Of a stretch of 64,000 bases of DNA, positions 1 through 13,802 are shown in pieces. The position numbers were made by a program, and so were the translations under genes. How positions within the stretch are numbered: the first letter of the stretch is position 1; the number at the start of each line of letters is the position of its first letter. The notes beneath the pieces were generated by a model. That model saw only the letters and a list, made by a program, of their open reading frames with translations, had not been told where the DNA came from and ran no database searches. Source of the stretch: the human T2T-CHM13v2.0 reference genome, Homo sapiens; NCBI RefSeq assembly GCF_009914755.1, contig NC_060926.1; one strand, written 5' to 3'.

Positions 1-39
1 GAAGACAGATGTTTTTAAATGCTTAGTACAATTACTGAG

Positions 40-1060
40 GGTTAGCCATTGGTAGATGTGGAGACTGAGGAAGGCAGAATCAGAAACATTCCCTAAGCTT
101 CTAGTGTGAGTAAATTGGTAGGCTAAAATGCTCCAATGAAAAGAGAGAATGAGAATATTGCAGTAGCAATAATAGCTATCTTTAATTTAGCACCTTTACA
201 CTAAGCATTCTTCTACGTGATTTTCACTTTTTTTAAACTTTACCCTCACAATAACCCAAGAAAGCTAAATTCCATTATTTTCATTTTAGAAGAAAAAATT
301 GGGGTATATGAATGTTGAATGTTTTACATAACGTCACACAGGCGGGAAATGATGGAGCCGAGTTTTATACTCAGGAACTTTAGCTTCAGAACCTGCACTA
401 GGACTTTTAGTAAGCAGAGTTTATGGGGATATGGAAACAGAATGAGTGGTTTGATGATGAGTTTCATTTTATAAATGCTGGGTTTCAGGTACCTGTTTGA
501 GATCCCAGAGACTTTAATCAAAGCATTGGGCGTAAGAGTTTAAAACTCTGGATAAACGTACCAATTTGAGAATCATTAACTTAACAGGGGAGCAGTTAAA
601 AAAATGTTGGAGTGAATTATATCTCCAGAGAACAGTGAAGAGTGAGAATATGTGAGGGCTGAGGATAGAACCCAAAGAACACCATTGAAGACATGGCTAG
701 AATAAGACAGCCTGTGAGTGAGAAAGGAGCAACAGTCAGGGATGTAGATGCTGGACCAGGAGAATACAGTGGGAAAGTTCCAGAAGGAGGCTGAGTGACT
801 ATGCAACTGGTAGATCTAGTAAGATAAGCACCAAAAGAAAATTAAAATTAAAAAAAAAACCTATTCACTACTCAATGTGAAAATAAAGGATAACGACCAG
901 AAATATGGTGGATGTGAGTGAAAGGGTCAAATCCCAGGTGACAATAGGTTTAGAAATGAACGGGAGGAGGCCATGTGGTTAGGCAAATTGAGATCAATTT
1001 TCAAAAAGTTTGGACAAGGAGAGTGGTTAGATAACAGCTAGAAGATGTAGACTCAACAGA
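40..1060 (-). mobile_element. Ancient LINE-2 fragment, interrupted by a MIR
   Basis: Purine-rich tract resembling antisense L2 (GATGAGTTTCATTTT...GGTTTCAGGTACCTG..., GAGGGCTGAGGATAGAACCC); heavily diverged, boundaries approximate. Confidence 0.55.
165..400 (-). mobile_element. MIR SINE
   Basis: AATAATAGCTA...CCTCACAATAACCC...CATTTTAGAAGA...GTCACACAG follows the reverse-complement MIR layout. Confidence 0.6.
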
Positions 1061-1319
1061 GTTGATTTACTTTTATTATTCATCTATGTATTTCTTTAGG
1101 ATGATAGAAATCATATAGGCAATTGCAAAATTGTCTTTCTGAAGAGGGAGAATAAACTAGAATGGTTATGGAAGGAAAATCCCTCAAGAACAGCAGAGGA
1201 TCAAGAACCCATGGGGTAAGATAGACTTCTATGTGAACATTACTCTATGTCCACTCCCATTTTTTGTTCTCTCATTCCAATAGCATAAAGCATAAAAAAT
1301 AAATATAAGGGCAATTTCT

Positions 1320-1720
1320 TCTCATCTTTCTAAGATTAGATCCTACCTATCTGACCATGATTCTATCCCTACCTCAAGAACTTTGATCCTTAACTACTGC
1401 TACCATCCTTCATACTTGAAGTTCGCCCACTCCATTAACACCTTCCTCCTTGTCTTTAAGAATACCCAAGAGATTCTACTTCTTTTCCTCAATACTACAT
1501 CCCCCTCTGATTACCGAACATTTGGGTCCTATCATTCGCTGCCAAGCCTTTAGGAAGACTGATCTATAGGCAAAGACTACATTTCTTTCTTGTTCACACA
1601 CTCTGCAAGCTTTTAGATCCCATTAAACTAGTAAATTATTCTTTCAAAAGTCAATATTGCTCTTCTTATATCCACATCTGTTGAATTGATTCCTTTTCTT
1701 CTTTTGCAACAATTGACTTC
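1320..1720 (+). mobile_element. Probable LINE-2 fragment
   Basis: Pyrimidine-rich tract resembling sense L2 body; weak similarity. Confidence 0.4.
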
Positions 1721-1774
1721 CATTTTTCCCCTGCTTCTCCCCCTTCTAATTGTAAATCTATCACTATTTCTAGC

Positions 1775-2330
<556 letters not shown>

Positions 2331-2360
2331 TGATCAGTGACACCTTATCAGTATCATTTA

Positions 2361-2488
2361 TAAGATGACCATATATAATGGTTGCCTAGGACTTTCCAAG
2401 TTTACAGTGTTATTGCAGCATAATTATTAAAACGTACCCCTTTATACTGAAAGTCCCAATAACGGTAGTGAACTACATGGTCATGTTA
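2361..2488. mobile_element. MER94-like hAT DNA transposon (MITE)
   Basis: Degenerate terminal inverted repeats TAAGATGACCATAT...ATGGTCATGTTA, ~130 bp, internal ATAATTATTAA...CCCCTTT as in MER94. Confidence 0.65.
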
Positions 2489-2589
2489 ACTTTATAGTCC
2501 CCTTTTCCTGTGTTCACCCAAAAGCTACCATTTCCTAGTAACTGTGTGAGGCATATAACATCCATAATTACTAATTGTTATAACAACAC

Positions 2590-2735
2590 GTTGAACTTGG
2601 TTTCCTTATTTCAAAGGGGAAATGGTGAGGCTCAGGTTGAGGTTAATTGCCTTAATTAAGGCCACACATATACCAAGTGGTTGAAACTGGCAGGATAAAA
2701 ACATAGATGCCTCTGGCTCTGAAATCCCTACTCTG
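2590..2735 (-). mobile_element. MIR fragment
   Basis: GAGGCTCAG...GGTTAA...AAGGCCACACA...AAGTGG...CTGGCTCTGAA. Confidence 0.55.
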
Positions 2736-2829
2736 GGTCTTTTCTTCCTTTGCATTGTAATCATTTCAGCACCACTCTCTGGGATGTCTCCAGATGCTGC
2801 CTTATCTCCTACCTTATGTCCCAGTTGTA

Positions 2830-2965
2830 TAGCTGTCTATCCATCAGTAATAAGTGGGCTCTCCAACAAGATGGTCTGTGCCTCAATCATTTCTGTTTCC
2901 CCAGGGTCGAGAGCATTGTTTACTCCACATAAGACCCTTAGTTTATTTATTTATTGATTGATTTA
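2830..2965 (+). mobile_element. LINE-2 3' end
   Basis: L2-tail-like TCTGTTTCCCCAGGG...CACATAAG followed by TTTATTGATTGATT. Confidence 0.4.
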
Positions 2966-3420
2966 TATTTAATATTATATTTATTTATACTTAATATTAT
3001 AGTCTTACTACTGTTTATGTTTAATTCAGGTGTTGAATTTAACTGCCCTGTTTTTCTGTCTTTCCTAGGGGGAGGCTTCTCATATATTCATTTCACACAC
3101 TACTCCATCCTCTGATGCAGTCAGACACAGTCTGCTGAACACAATTTCCACCCAATGATTAGAAAATGCAGTCCCATCAAAAGCACATCTGCCCCAACAT
3201 CCTCTGTTATAATTTGCTAGCACTGGGTGCCACCTCTTGCATTCTGAAAGCACCGACCCTTTCCTGCTCCCCAAGCTGCAGAGACACTGATGTTTTTTCC
3301 CTCGAAAGAGGAAATGTGTTTCACTTTTTTATACCCACATGTTGGAGTGGATTAAAAACAATATTATTTGATCCTCTGCTCAATGTCTGAGGCTCAGGAT
3401 TACATGGTTTTAAGTTAATG

Positions 3421-3585
3421 CGGTGGTTCTCAATGCTGGCTGCACAATAAAACATCCGAGGAGCTTTTAAAAATATTGAAGCCTAGACTGCACCATGGAC
3501 AAATTACATCAGAACTTTTGGGCATCTGTGTTATATTACACTGCCCCTTGGTGATTCAAATGTGCAGCCAGCTTGAGAGATACTA
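3421..3585. mobile_element. MER5-family hAT-Charlie MITE
   Basis: CGGTGGTTCTCAA...GGAGCTTTTAAAAAT...GGTGATTCAAATGTGCAGCCAG...TTGAGA. Confidence 0.7.
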
Positions 3586-4604
3586 AGCGAAAAGAAACTT
3601 TTCTGTTCTCTTTGAGATTTCTGAAAACATTCTAAAAGAATCACCAAATAAGAAAATCTCAAAATAAGATAAAGAAGCTATCATATTATTTTGGTCCAAA
3701 TTTGTGGATTTTATTTTTGGTACGTACACAATCTGTGTTTCTGCAGAAATGCAGAATCATATCCATCCTTGCTCCGCCAGAGGTCCAACGACACACATCT
3801 TTACTGTCTCATTTGAAAAAGACTGTTCACCTTTCTTCATCCCAGATCATCAACCATTGCTAAGCCATATACGCATCGACTCCCTTTTTTCTGACCTCAG
3901 AACTCCCACAGGCCTTGTGCACCTCTGCTATTCTTAGGCAACGAGAGCCCTCCTGCAGTAGGAAACACCTATTCCACTCAGTTCTGTTTAAACTCAATCT
4001 TTTTCATGTTTCAAGTTCCTCCTGATACAAACCTGACTCCAAATCCCCCAGCGCAGATGAACTTACACTGAGCATTAGAAGCAATCTCCTAAAATTAATT
4101 CCCAATGGGTCAGTGACTGATAGCCCGTTAAAGCGTGTGAGGGTAGCTGCATTCTCCAGTGTTGAATGCCTATCAACCTAAATGAACTGGTGTTTCATGA
4201 CATTTCAGGGGCTAGAAGAGTTGAATTGAGAAATCCGTCCATTTGGGCAGAGCTTTTAGTAAAACTAAAAGTATTCAGCCCAGCCGGGTGGGTGGACCAG
4301 CCTTTTCTTCTAGTTTTATTGCCATCTACTCTTACCTCTCACAGTTTCCTTTATTCTAGTTTCACCAATTAAAAAAAAAAAAACCTCTAAAATTTTATCT
4401 ATGGCAGAAGAATCTGGTTATTTAGATTTTTTGTAATTAGCTCATTGTAAATTAAAGACTGGCTCTCTACACTAGACTCTGCAACACATCTCTGACTTCT
4501 GCTTTACCTCAGTATATATTAAAACTAAGCCAAGTGTGAATGTGACAATCTAAGCAATTAAAAGGCAATCAACATGATTAGAAGGTTCCTTGGGTTTTCC
4601 CTAG

Positions 4605-4790
4605 TAAGATAGAGTAGTGGGCCTTATATGTAGGGGCAAAGCCAGCTTCCTGCTCTGTCCTTTCTATCTGTGTGACTCAAGGCAAGTTTCCCTAACTCTT
4701 CTTTCAACCATTTGCTCTTTGACACATTTAGAAATACCGGTATATTTCCTGCCAGCTTCTTGTTAAGACTAAAAAACACGACATACAAAA
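4605..4790 (+). mobile_element. MIR SINE
   Basis: CTGTGTGACTCAAGGCAAGTT core in sense orientation. Confidence 0.55.
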
Positions 4791-6164
4791 CTTTCTGTAG
4801 AAAGTTCTACAGAAGTTGGTTCCCTTCCTTCCAACTCCAGACCTAAGGATAAGGAGTATGCGTGGGAAAGAAGCAGACATCCTCATTCAAAACCCTCATC
4901 AAAATGGAACTGTAAGGTAGCATAACTACTGTTGCTATAAATGGGGCTTGAGGCAGGAATATGCCTCTTCTGCTTTGCTTAGCACATTTTTCTGGCTTAT
5001 TTGGAGCAGGAAGGTATAAAGGATACTACTGAAAAATTAATAGCCTTCAACATAGAATCCTGAAATAGTTACTTGGAAAGGATCGGAAGAGCTGGAGCTG
5101 AGTGGAAAAGTGGGCTGAAGCACCCTCTTTGTTATTTGACTTCAGGGCCTCGGCTGGGAGCCCTTGCCTATTACACAGCCTGAGCTCAGCAGTCTGCTTT
5201 GATTGATGACCCCTCATTTTCTTTTCCACTCCCTCACTCAAGCTCCAGACCTCCCCTGTCAGGTGAAAGTCCATCTGCATTGACGACCTTGACTGTATTG
5301 TCTCCAAATGAAAGTGCTATTGGCAAGAGAACCTGGGCTGTCGTGACCCTGTAATCCCATTTATGTCATGCAATGCTAAGCTCATGGGCTCCATGAAGAG
5401 AGACTCACATTTTGGCAGAATTATAAAAATCATCATCGCGTTCCTCAGAGGTCCTCATCCCAATTATGCATGCCTTCTAGGGCCATCATTTAGTTCACCT
5501 TCTAGAGCACGCTCGGCTAGGCATGATAATTACATCTGTGTTCTAAAAATGGAATAGGAGGGAGTCTTAAAGACCCATATTTCATATTAATACCCAATTA
5601 CATCTGGGATGTGTTTTTCTGAGTTTAAAAAGAACTGGTGATGAAGGTTAATGATTTAATTAAGTCCACTGCCCACCCCCACAGCAGCCCCACTCTCACC
5701 ACGGAGAACATGAAGGCGGCTAGCAGCAGACACCGGAAGGAAGGCAGACACAGAACAGCAGCTTGCATTCATCTGCTGATGACAGCTTTATTATTACATT
5801 TTGAATTAATGCCATTGGCTCAGTAAGTCGCAGGGGAAAAGTTCTGATCGATCAGACTCAAGGACACCTATGCTAATAAAGAACAGGACTACAAGTGGAC
5901 CACAAGGAAATCAAAACTCTCCTTTTTGACGGGAACAAAGGTCTCAGTCTGTGCATTACCGCACTTTTAATCTAACCACAGAGGTTTCAAGGTCATTTTG
6001 TAGCCAATCCTGTATTCATGGACAGTAAAAGTGGCTTGGACGTTGGCTCTTTTTTCTACTGAATGCCCAGTAGCATACTTAGTACACATTTACTGAGAGA
6101 ATAGTAGAAAGAAACATCAATACAAATCCTAGCTCACCTGCAGTGTAATCATCAGTCAGTTCCT

Positions 6165-6815
6165 GCATTCATTTATTTCATTCATTCTTACAACTTTTGC
6201 TTATGTTCTTTTCATTATTAAGCATAGGCACTTGGGATGCATTAGAGAAAACAGTCATGGATTTCTATCTTCATGGAGCTTACATTCTAGGCAAGGGGAG
6301 AATAATAAGAAACATAATATGTAAATTACATACTTTGTAAGAAGATGGTAGAAGCTGGAAATAAAAGAAAAACCAAAGTAGGTGAGAGGATTGGGAATGG
6401 CAGCAGAGGAAAGAGTATGTAGGTTGCAATTTCAAAACATGAGGGTAGGTTCAATATTATTTAAGAGGTGCCCTTTGAGCAGAGACACAGGAGAAGGCAT
6501 ATTAACTAGCAAACATCTGGGGGAGAAGCAATCTAGGCAAAGGGAAAAGATCTTGCAAAGGTACCTAAGCCACAACCTAAGAAACAGAAGAGTGGGCATA
6601 TGGTGGGAGCTAGGCAAGAGGACATAAAGCCTGAGAAGGGACAAAAACTAGATCATGTGAGGCCTGAGAGTCACTGTGAGGACACTGATGTTTACTTTGC
6701 ATGAAAGGAGATTTGGTGCAGGTTTTGAGCAGAGGAGTGACTTAGGTTTTGAAAGACTCTCTCTGGTTGTCTTGAATAGACCAGAGGAGGTGTGGCCAAG
6801 AATGGAAGCCAACTG
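6165..6815 (-). mobile_element. L2a 3' region
   Basis: (CATT)n-like tail, CATGGAGCTTACATTCTAG, GGTTTTGAGCAGAGGAGTGAC, GAAAGACTCTCTCTGG. Confidence 0.75.
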
Positions 6816-9800
6816 GGTATTTGAAGACTTCAAGACTCAGGTTTCTTATTTAGCCAGTACGTAGTAGGTTGTTATTGAGTACCTTTCCATTTCTCCGCTA
6901 ATGTGGTGATCCTTTGGCATCTATCAACATTCGTTGCAATTATCACGTTTTTGGGGCAGCATTATGAGTTAATGTTGTCCTCAGGCTCTCTTTTCCTGAA
7001 TGCCCCCAAATCTGTTTGGTCTGGTTGACAACACCTACCTACACCTGCATGCCACAACTTTCATACTCTGAGATTCTTTGTGGTGTCCCATAACACTCTA
7101 GATCCAGCTTTTCAACTGATACTCAAGGTTATAGATGAGCTTTGCCCCTTTTAGTCTCCCACCATCCCACCACCATATCAGACCACACTGGCAAGACAAG
7201 ATGAGGTTTTTCTCTCCCAAGCAACCTAGTTTTGTGATTCCTTCATCCAAGTAACCTCATTCAGTGTCCTTTATTATGTTCATGATTGCAATCTCTCCCA
7301 TCTATTTATATGTTATTAGCTAGTAATGATACGTTTTTCTTTTCTCAATTCAGTCCTTAATCCCAGAGTGGGCAAATGTTACTTTGAGAGCTTGCTAGAC
7401 TGTGTGACTATGTAGAATAAAACCATAGTGTTCACTATTAATTATGAATTGTATTTGTATTATGAAATGGCCCTTCAAACACTAAACATGATATATATGC
7501 TTTTCTCTATAAATGGGGTAAAATAGTCCAAATGATCATGATTATAATGGAAAACTTATTCATCTTTGTTTGATCTCACACAATTCCCAAGGTTTGCTTT
7601 GTTTAGCATTGATTCAGTGAAGTGTTATATCTAGAAATTTAGAAACTAAGATATTATTTAGGAATTATGGGAGGTTGTCATACAACGACCTTTACAACTT
7701 TTAGGTAACTCTTAAGAAACCAAATTCAGAGGTACGATTTATAGCTCTAGAAGATATCCCAGAAGACAGAAACTCATGGATCCCTTAATAATAACAGCAT
7801 AAAAATTCTGGGGTAAAATTTTTGTAAAGAATGTGCTTCATCATATCTTTCCTGAGTAACACTGACTCTGGTTTCTGAGTTATATACAACATACATGAGT
7901 AAAATTTCATAAATATACATCAGCATTTTGTCCCACCCAGACTTCAACTGTTGTTTATATTCTTTGAAGATTAGATTTCTTCTAGTGAAACAGTATGGGC
8001 TATGAGTTGCCTTAAGAATTATGAACATACATCCAATAATAAGAATTCAGTAATTATGACACAAGTTACAACAATTTTAAGAATTGTTTTATCATTAATG
8101 GGCTGTAATTTAAAACAAGCTTCTCTAATCTCAAATTAGCATCACTAGTGGTCAAAACCAGTGTTTGTTGATACAGAGCTTTAAAAGTTGTATGTATCTG
8201 ATTCATGTGATTAGATGTCAACGTTCCTATCAGATGATAAAATCCATGAAAACTGAAATCATGCCTTTAATTGTTTTGTTTTGTTTGGATTTGCTTTCCA
8301 TAGCAGAAATCAGTTACAAGGGAGAGATATGGTAAGGACTTCATCCTCTCTTATTTTCCTTCTCAACTCATGGTGGGGCTGAGAGAGAAGCAATGGGTGT
8401 TCTTAGCTTCTGTGTGTGAACAGTTTTCCTTCCCAAAGCTGTGCTCTCCAGACCACTGCCATTTGGCAAACCAAAAAGCATGATTCAAGCTTCACCCTTA
8501 CCTTTTACATTAATCTGCATTTCCTTTGAGCCTCTTTTTTCCCCATCTATGTGAATTCCAGGGGACAAGTTCATTCAAGTTCATGTCAATGTTATCAGTA
8601 AACATTAAAAAATTAATAATATGTATTATTATTTATAATAAGCTACTAATACAACTATATCCCAACCAAAATAGTTTCCTTATGCCATCAAATAAATCCA
8701 TATGGTAATTTGTTTCAGTGTTAAACTTCAGTCCACTTGTCTTCTCATCCAATTGATGTTCCTTCAGCACAGGCCAAGAGTAGAGGAAAAAAAATGTAAT
8801 CCATCCCCAACCTAGGAATTCAGACAGGTAAAATCTATTTCTCAGGTCAGATTTCAGACATCATTTCCACATGAACAATAACATTAAAAAAGAAAAATAA
8901 AAAGCTGTGGTCTTCTGGCTCACAGGAATATTTGGGGGAAAAGCATGGATGTTGGATGAATGTAAGAAAAATTTTAGGTGGAGTTTGCATAATTGTTAAA
9001 ACACAGCTGTATAAGATTCTGACTTATTAAATAGAAATATGTATTTTGGCCCATCTAGGAGAAATGCTTCCAAAATGAAATGCTTGATATAATAAAAGGA
9101 GAGCAATGCTATCCATATGACTATGATGTGAACTTAATCAAGAGGATAAAAGTCTCCAAATTGTAATTACAGATGAATTACTCCACGGCTTGCGATTTTC
9201 AAGAGGAATCTTGTTTCTAAATCTTGACACAGTGGGACCAAAGAAACCTATCTGTTTCTATTACTGGGAAAAAAGTGAATCTCAAAATGAAAAACAATCT
9301 GCGGCTTCAAAGAGAGAGAGCTGACAGCAAAATATTTGAATTAATTAGAGAACTACAGGTTGTTCATTGACGGGTTCTTTTTGCAGGCATATTCTGAAAC
9401 ATCTGTGCTTGTTTCCACGGAGATGTGGTTGGTTTATTTTGTTGTTAATATACCATATGAGCATGAAGGAAATTAGAGGAAGCTACCTGATGGAAAACTA
9501 AATTTAGACATTTCCAGACAGTCTGAGAGAAGTTACAACCTCCTGGGCCAGGCAGAGGATAGTTCAATTCCTTGATGAACTATGCCAAGTTAAATGAACA
9601 TCAGCTATTTTTAGAACACTGACAGCCTTCTTAGACATGACACCAAAGAATATTAGTTTTGAGGTCCACTGGACGGCATGCTCAGGTCTGAAGAGTTCCA
9701 AAAAATAAAAATAAATTCACCCATTTCTAAATTTTAAAAAATAATAATGATTTTCCTAAAGGGGCCAGCTCTGACTCTAAACACCTTCTTTGAAAGGCTC

Positions 9801-10059
9801 AAGTGTCCAAGGGTTGGTTTTCTTGTATAGGATTTCTACTGTTTCTCTCAAGGCCATGTTCTCTGTTATTGTTCTCATATTTTCCCCTACAGCAGAGAGG
9901 TCCTTATGTACCATGGGTTAATATTTTTTTCCTAAATTTATTTTAGGGTGGAAAAGAGAAATAAAGAACTCTAACTGCTTCTAATTTGCTTTTGTTTCAT
10001 CTTCTTTCTTCCTGTTGCAATCTCTCTTTTCACTAACTCTACCTCGTTAAGCTTTGTCC

Positions 10060-10897
10060 ATTTGGTAGTTCTATTTTTAATTTTCCAAAAATCATCCATA
10101 CTGTTTTCTGAAAGTTCTGTACCAATTTACATTTCCACCAACAGAGTACAAGGGTTCCCTTTTCTCCACACCATTGCCAACACTTACCTTTTGGCTTTTT
10201 GATAGTAGCCATTCTAACAGGCATGAGGTGATATGTCATTGTGATTTTGATTTACATTTCCCTAATGATTGATGATATTCATCATCTTTTCATGTATCTG
10301 TTGGCTATTTTTGGTCTTCTTTGTGAAAATGTCTATTCATGTCCTTTGCCCATTTTTAACTTGAGTTATTTGGGGTGTTTTTTGTTTATTTTTGTTACTT
10401 GTTTTTGCAATTAAGTTTTATGAGTTGCTTATATATTTGGGATATTAACACCTTACTGGATATATGGTTTACAAATATTTTCTTTTTTCTGTAGGTTGCC
10501 TTTTTGTTTCTTCATTGTTTCATTTGCTGTACAGAAGTTTTTAGTTTGATGTAGTCCTGTTTATTTTTGCTTTTATTTTCTGTACTTTTGAGATCAAATC
10601 TAAAAAATCATTGCCAAGACCAATGTCAAAGAGCTTTTCCTTCATGTTTTCTTCTGGGAGTGTCATGGTTTCAGGTCTTACATGTAAGTCTTTAAACCAT
10701 TTTGAATTCATTTCTGTGTATGATATAAGAGAAAGATCTGATTTTAAGGTTTGCTTGTCAATATCAAGTTTTTCCAACACCATTTATTAAAGAGTCTATA
10801 CTTTCCTCCATTGTATATTATTGGAACCTTTGTCAAAAATTAGTTGAGCATATATGAACGGGTTTGTTCTGGGCTATTAGGTTCCACTAGTCTATGT
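10060..10897 (-). mobile_element. Old L1 (L1MA/L1MB-type) ORF2 3' fragment
   Basis: ORFs 10039-10239 ([15 protein letters not shown]...[11 protein letters not shown]) and 10541-10783 resemble the ORF2p C-terminus; broken by stops; no 3'UTR or tail. Confidence 0.9.
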
Positions 10898-11423
10898 CAA
10901 GGCAGCCAAGATCTTTTTCCTTCACAACATTCAGAGTTGAAGGGAATGAAACATTAAGTCCTGTCATTTGGCATGTTCATTTAAATTTCAACGTATTTCA
11001 GAATTTCATAGTCTCATCGTTGGGCTATCAAGCCTACATCCCCATAACATCATTTATTTATATCATTAGCCCATATAAATCTGCTGTTCCAAGCAGAACA
11101 CATTGTTAGTTCTAGAATTTTCCATGAGATGGGCAGGTACCTACAGATGCTAGACACTTTTGGGTTGTTTTACATCTAATTAGCAACAGAATTATGACAC
11201 CAAATTAATTTCAGGAACTGCTCTTGAAATGCCAATATACATAAGGTTTTAAGAATTTGATACTGTGCAAGTTAGAGAAACAGATGGAACTTTCTGAACA
11301 ATAGAATTCGTCTCCAAGTGACATTTAATATAAAGCAATACCTGAATTATAAATGGCTTTAAAGTTATTATCTTTGAATTGTTTTCCTTTCAAACACCTA
11401 CCACGCAGGTGAAAGAAAAAAAA

Positions 11424-11454
11424 GTGTGTGTGTGTATGTGTAGTGTTAGTCTAC

Positions 11455-11492
<38 letters not shown>

Positions 11493-11546
11493 TGTGTATA
11501 TGCGTGTATGTGTATATATATATACACGGAGAGAGAGAGAGAGAGA
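11424..11546. repeat. Compound microsatellite (TG)n(TA)n(GA)n, occurring twice
   Basis: Directly visible. Confidence 0.95.
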
Positions 11547-11769
11547 TTAAATTCTGAAATGCTATGTACTAATAAAAATTTGGAGAAGATTTTCTTGAAG
11601 GGTCATAATGGCACAATTCCATAAATAGAGCAGAAGACTGAATATACGGGAAGGAAATTTCGTTGTGTCCTAGTTTGTCCTCTCGCTGGATATAAAATAT
11701 TTATTTTTAATGAATAATGATATTATTTTCCAAATACATATTAGCTAAGCCAAAAAATAAAACAACACA

Positions 11770-11998
11770 GAAAAGTGACATATTTAGCACTTACAATAAG
11801 CTAGGGACAATGATAGCACTTTATATTAATGGACATGTTCGGTTTTTGAATAATTCTATGAGATGTATATTATCTTTATTCTCACTTTCTAATGAGGAAA
11901 CTGAAACAGCATGTGTAGCAACTTGCGTAAGAAGCTATAAATGGTAGGTAGTGTGTTCATTATTTTAAACTCATCTCCAGGGTCTACACCATAAACCA
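11770..11998 (-). mobile_element. MIR SINE
   Basis: ATTTAGCACTTAC...CTATGAGATG...ATGAGGAAACTGAAACA. Confidence 0.6.
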
Positions 11999-12539
11999 CA
12001 AAATTCCACAACCTCTTGTGTAAAGGAAGAAAGAGTAGTCAGAAATTTAAATCAAGCTATCCTTGTTATTTTTACTTTACAGAGCATACATTTAATTGTA
12101 TTTAACAGAAGAATAATGAATTGCAGAAAAAGTGAAGGAATTATTAAAATTAAGATATCTCTTTCTTCAACAAAGGGATAGTAATTGTTCCTGAAATTGT
12201 CCCCAAAATTAAAGTAGTGGGAGTTCATAACAGCATTAAGAAGCTGGACATGTGTTTATTATTTTAGTATACATCAATTGGCTTCTTGTTTTGAAGGCAG
12301 AGGAAACAAAAAGCTTTACTACTTCTGCTCTTTATCTTGATTATTGTTATTATTTTTGGGCTTTATAACATGTAAATTCTGTTCTGTAATCATAATTTCC
12401 CAAGTGATTTAATCATAATGTTATATTTTAAAGTGATGAATGCTCATTCCCACTTTGTTTACTTCATCTTTTCTGTTCTTAATTGCTTACTTTGATGCAA
12501 GTCTTTCAACTGGAATTTGACAAACAGCAGTGATTTTTT

Positions 12540-13760
12540 TGTTTTTTTTTGTGAGGGGGATGATCGTTTCTCAAGGGCTCTCATGTTTATTTCTTGAATT
12601 CATGCATGCTTGTGAATCTGTTCTTTGTGTTTATACTTGAATAAAACCTTGGCTAGGTATAAAGTTCTTAGCTGTAAAATCAACCCCCCATATCTGCAGC
12701 TTCCACATATGCAGACTTACCCGTGGATCACAAATATTCAAAATAACAACAATACAACAATAAAACACAAAAATACAATATAACAACTATTTGCATAGCA
12801 TTTACATTGTACTAGGTATTATAAGTAATCTAGATGACTTAAAATATATGGGAGGATGTGCATACGCTTTATGCAAATACAATGCCATTTTATATGGGAC
12901 TTGAGTATCCTCATATTTTGGTGTCCACGGAGGTCCTGGAATCAATCCCCTGTGGAAACCAAGGAATGACTATTCTTTCCTCTTAGCCTTCTGCCCACAA
13001 AACTGTCAAATTTTGTTTTTTAAACATTAACTCATGTTCTTCCAGCACTGAATGTGGAGAGCGCTGAAATCAATGTTTCCTTTTTTTTTTTTTTTTTAAT
13101 AGGTGATTTACTTTTCAGGCCACATGCTTAGACAATTTTTTTCTTCATTCTTGAATTTCAGAATATGTTTCATTGTTGACCATTCTGTTTCAACACTGTT
13201 TCTCCCAGACATTGTGCATTTTCAATTTGTATTTTAACAAATTTATTTTAGGAAAGTTTTCTCCCATTATATCTTTTATCTTATTTTTTCAGTTCTATTG
13301 TTCTGTCTGTATGTTGGATCACTGTGTCATATATTCATATATTCTCCAAAATAATTTCAATGTCTTTGTTCTTTATTCATTTTGTGTTTGCATTGAGAGG
13401 CCGAGAGGAAACATTTTAGTTACACTTATTCTATTTTTTGTTGCTTCTAGTGTGCAGTGTGCTTTTTTCATCTCTGTAATATTTTTTGCTTTATTCTTCC
13501 TTGGCTTTTCTGTGCACCACTAGCTTGCTTTTTGTTTTCCGGTGTTGTGATATAATCTCTTTTTTGAATCCTTGAGGCTCTTCTTTGAGCTTTCCTTAAA
13601 AAGAAAGAAAAAAGAACAACAACAATAAATCATATCACCTGTAGTTACTTTGGAACTATTAAATACCATTTTTCATCTGACTTTTGCTTATGTTTCTTTT
13701 CTTTGAATTTTTTCCCCAGTATCTATGCATAGGTCCTATGCTGATTCCTTCTACGTTATG
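12540..13760 (-). mobile_element. Very old L1 (L1M-type) ORF1-region relic
   Basis: T-rich tract with CTTGGCTAGGTATAAAGTTCTT and TTTAGGAAAGTTTTCT as in antisense ORF1 of ancient L1s; interrupted by MER2. Confidence 0.4.
12678..12972. mobile_element. MER2 (TcMar-Tigger) DNA transposon
   Basis: CATAGCATTTACATTGTACTAGGTATTATAAGTAATCTAGA...GGTCCTGGAATCAATCCCC...GACTA. Confidence 0.8.
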
Positions 13761-13802
13761 AACAGGAGAATTAAGCTGGAAGAGCCTGCAGCTTTTACTG
13801 GG

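Noticed and set aside
3040-3070. Isolated splice-site matches (acceptors near 3068, 29761, 49462; minus-strand donors near 6135, 56396)
   Set aside because: No convincing partner site at exon distance; single sites are expected by chance in 64 kb
3540-3560. CTCF-like motifs (also ~31535-31552)
   Set aside because: Mismatches at core positions; the first lies inside a MER5 element; cannot be supported without ChIP data
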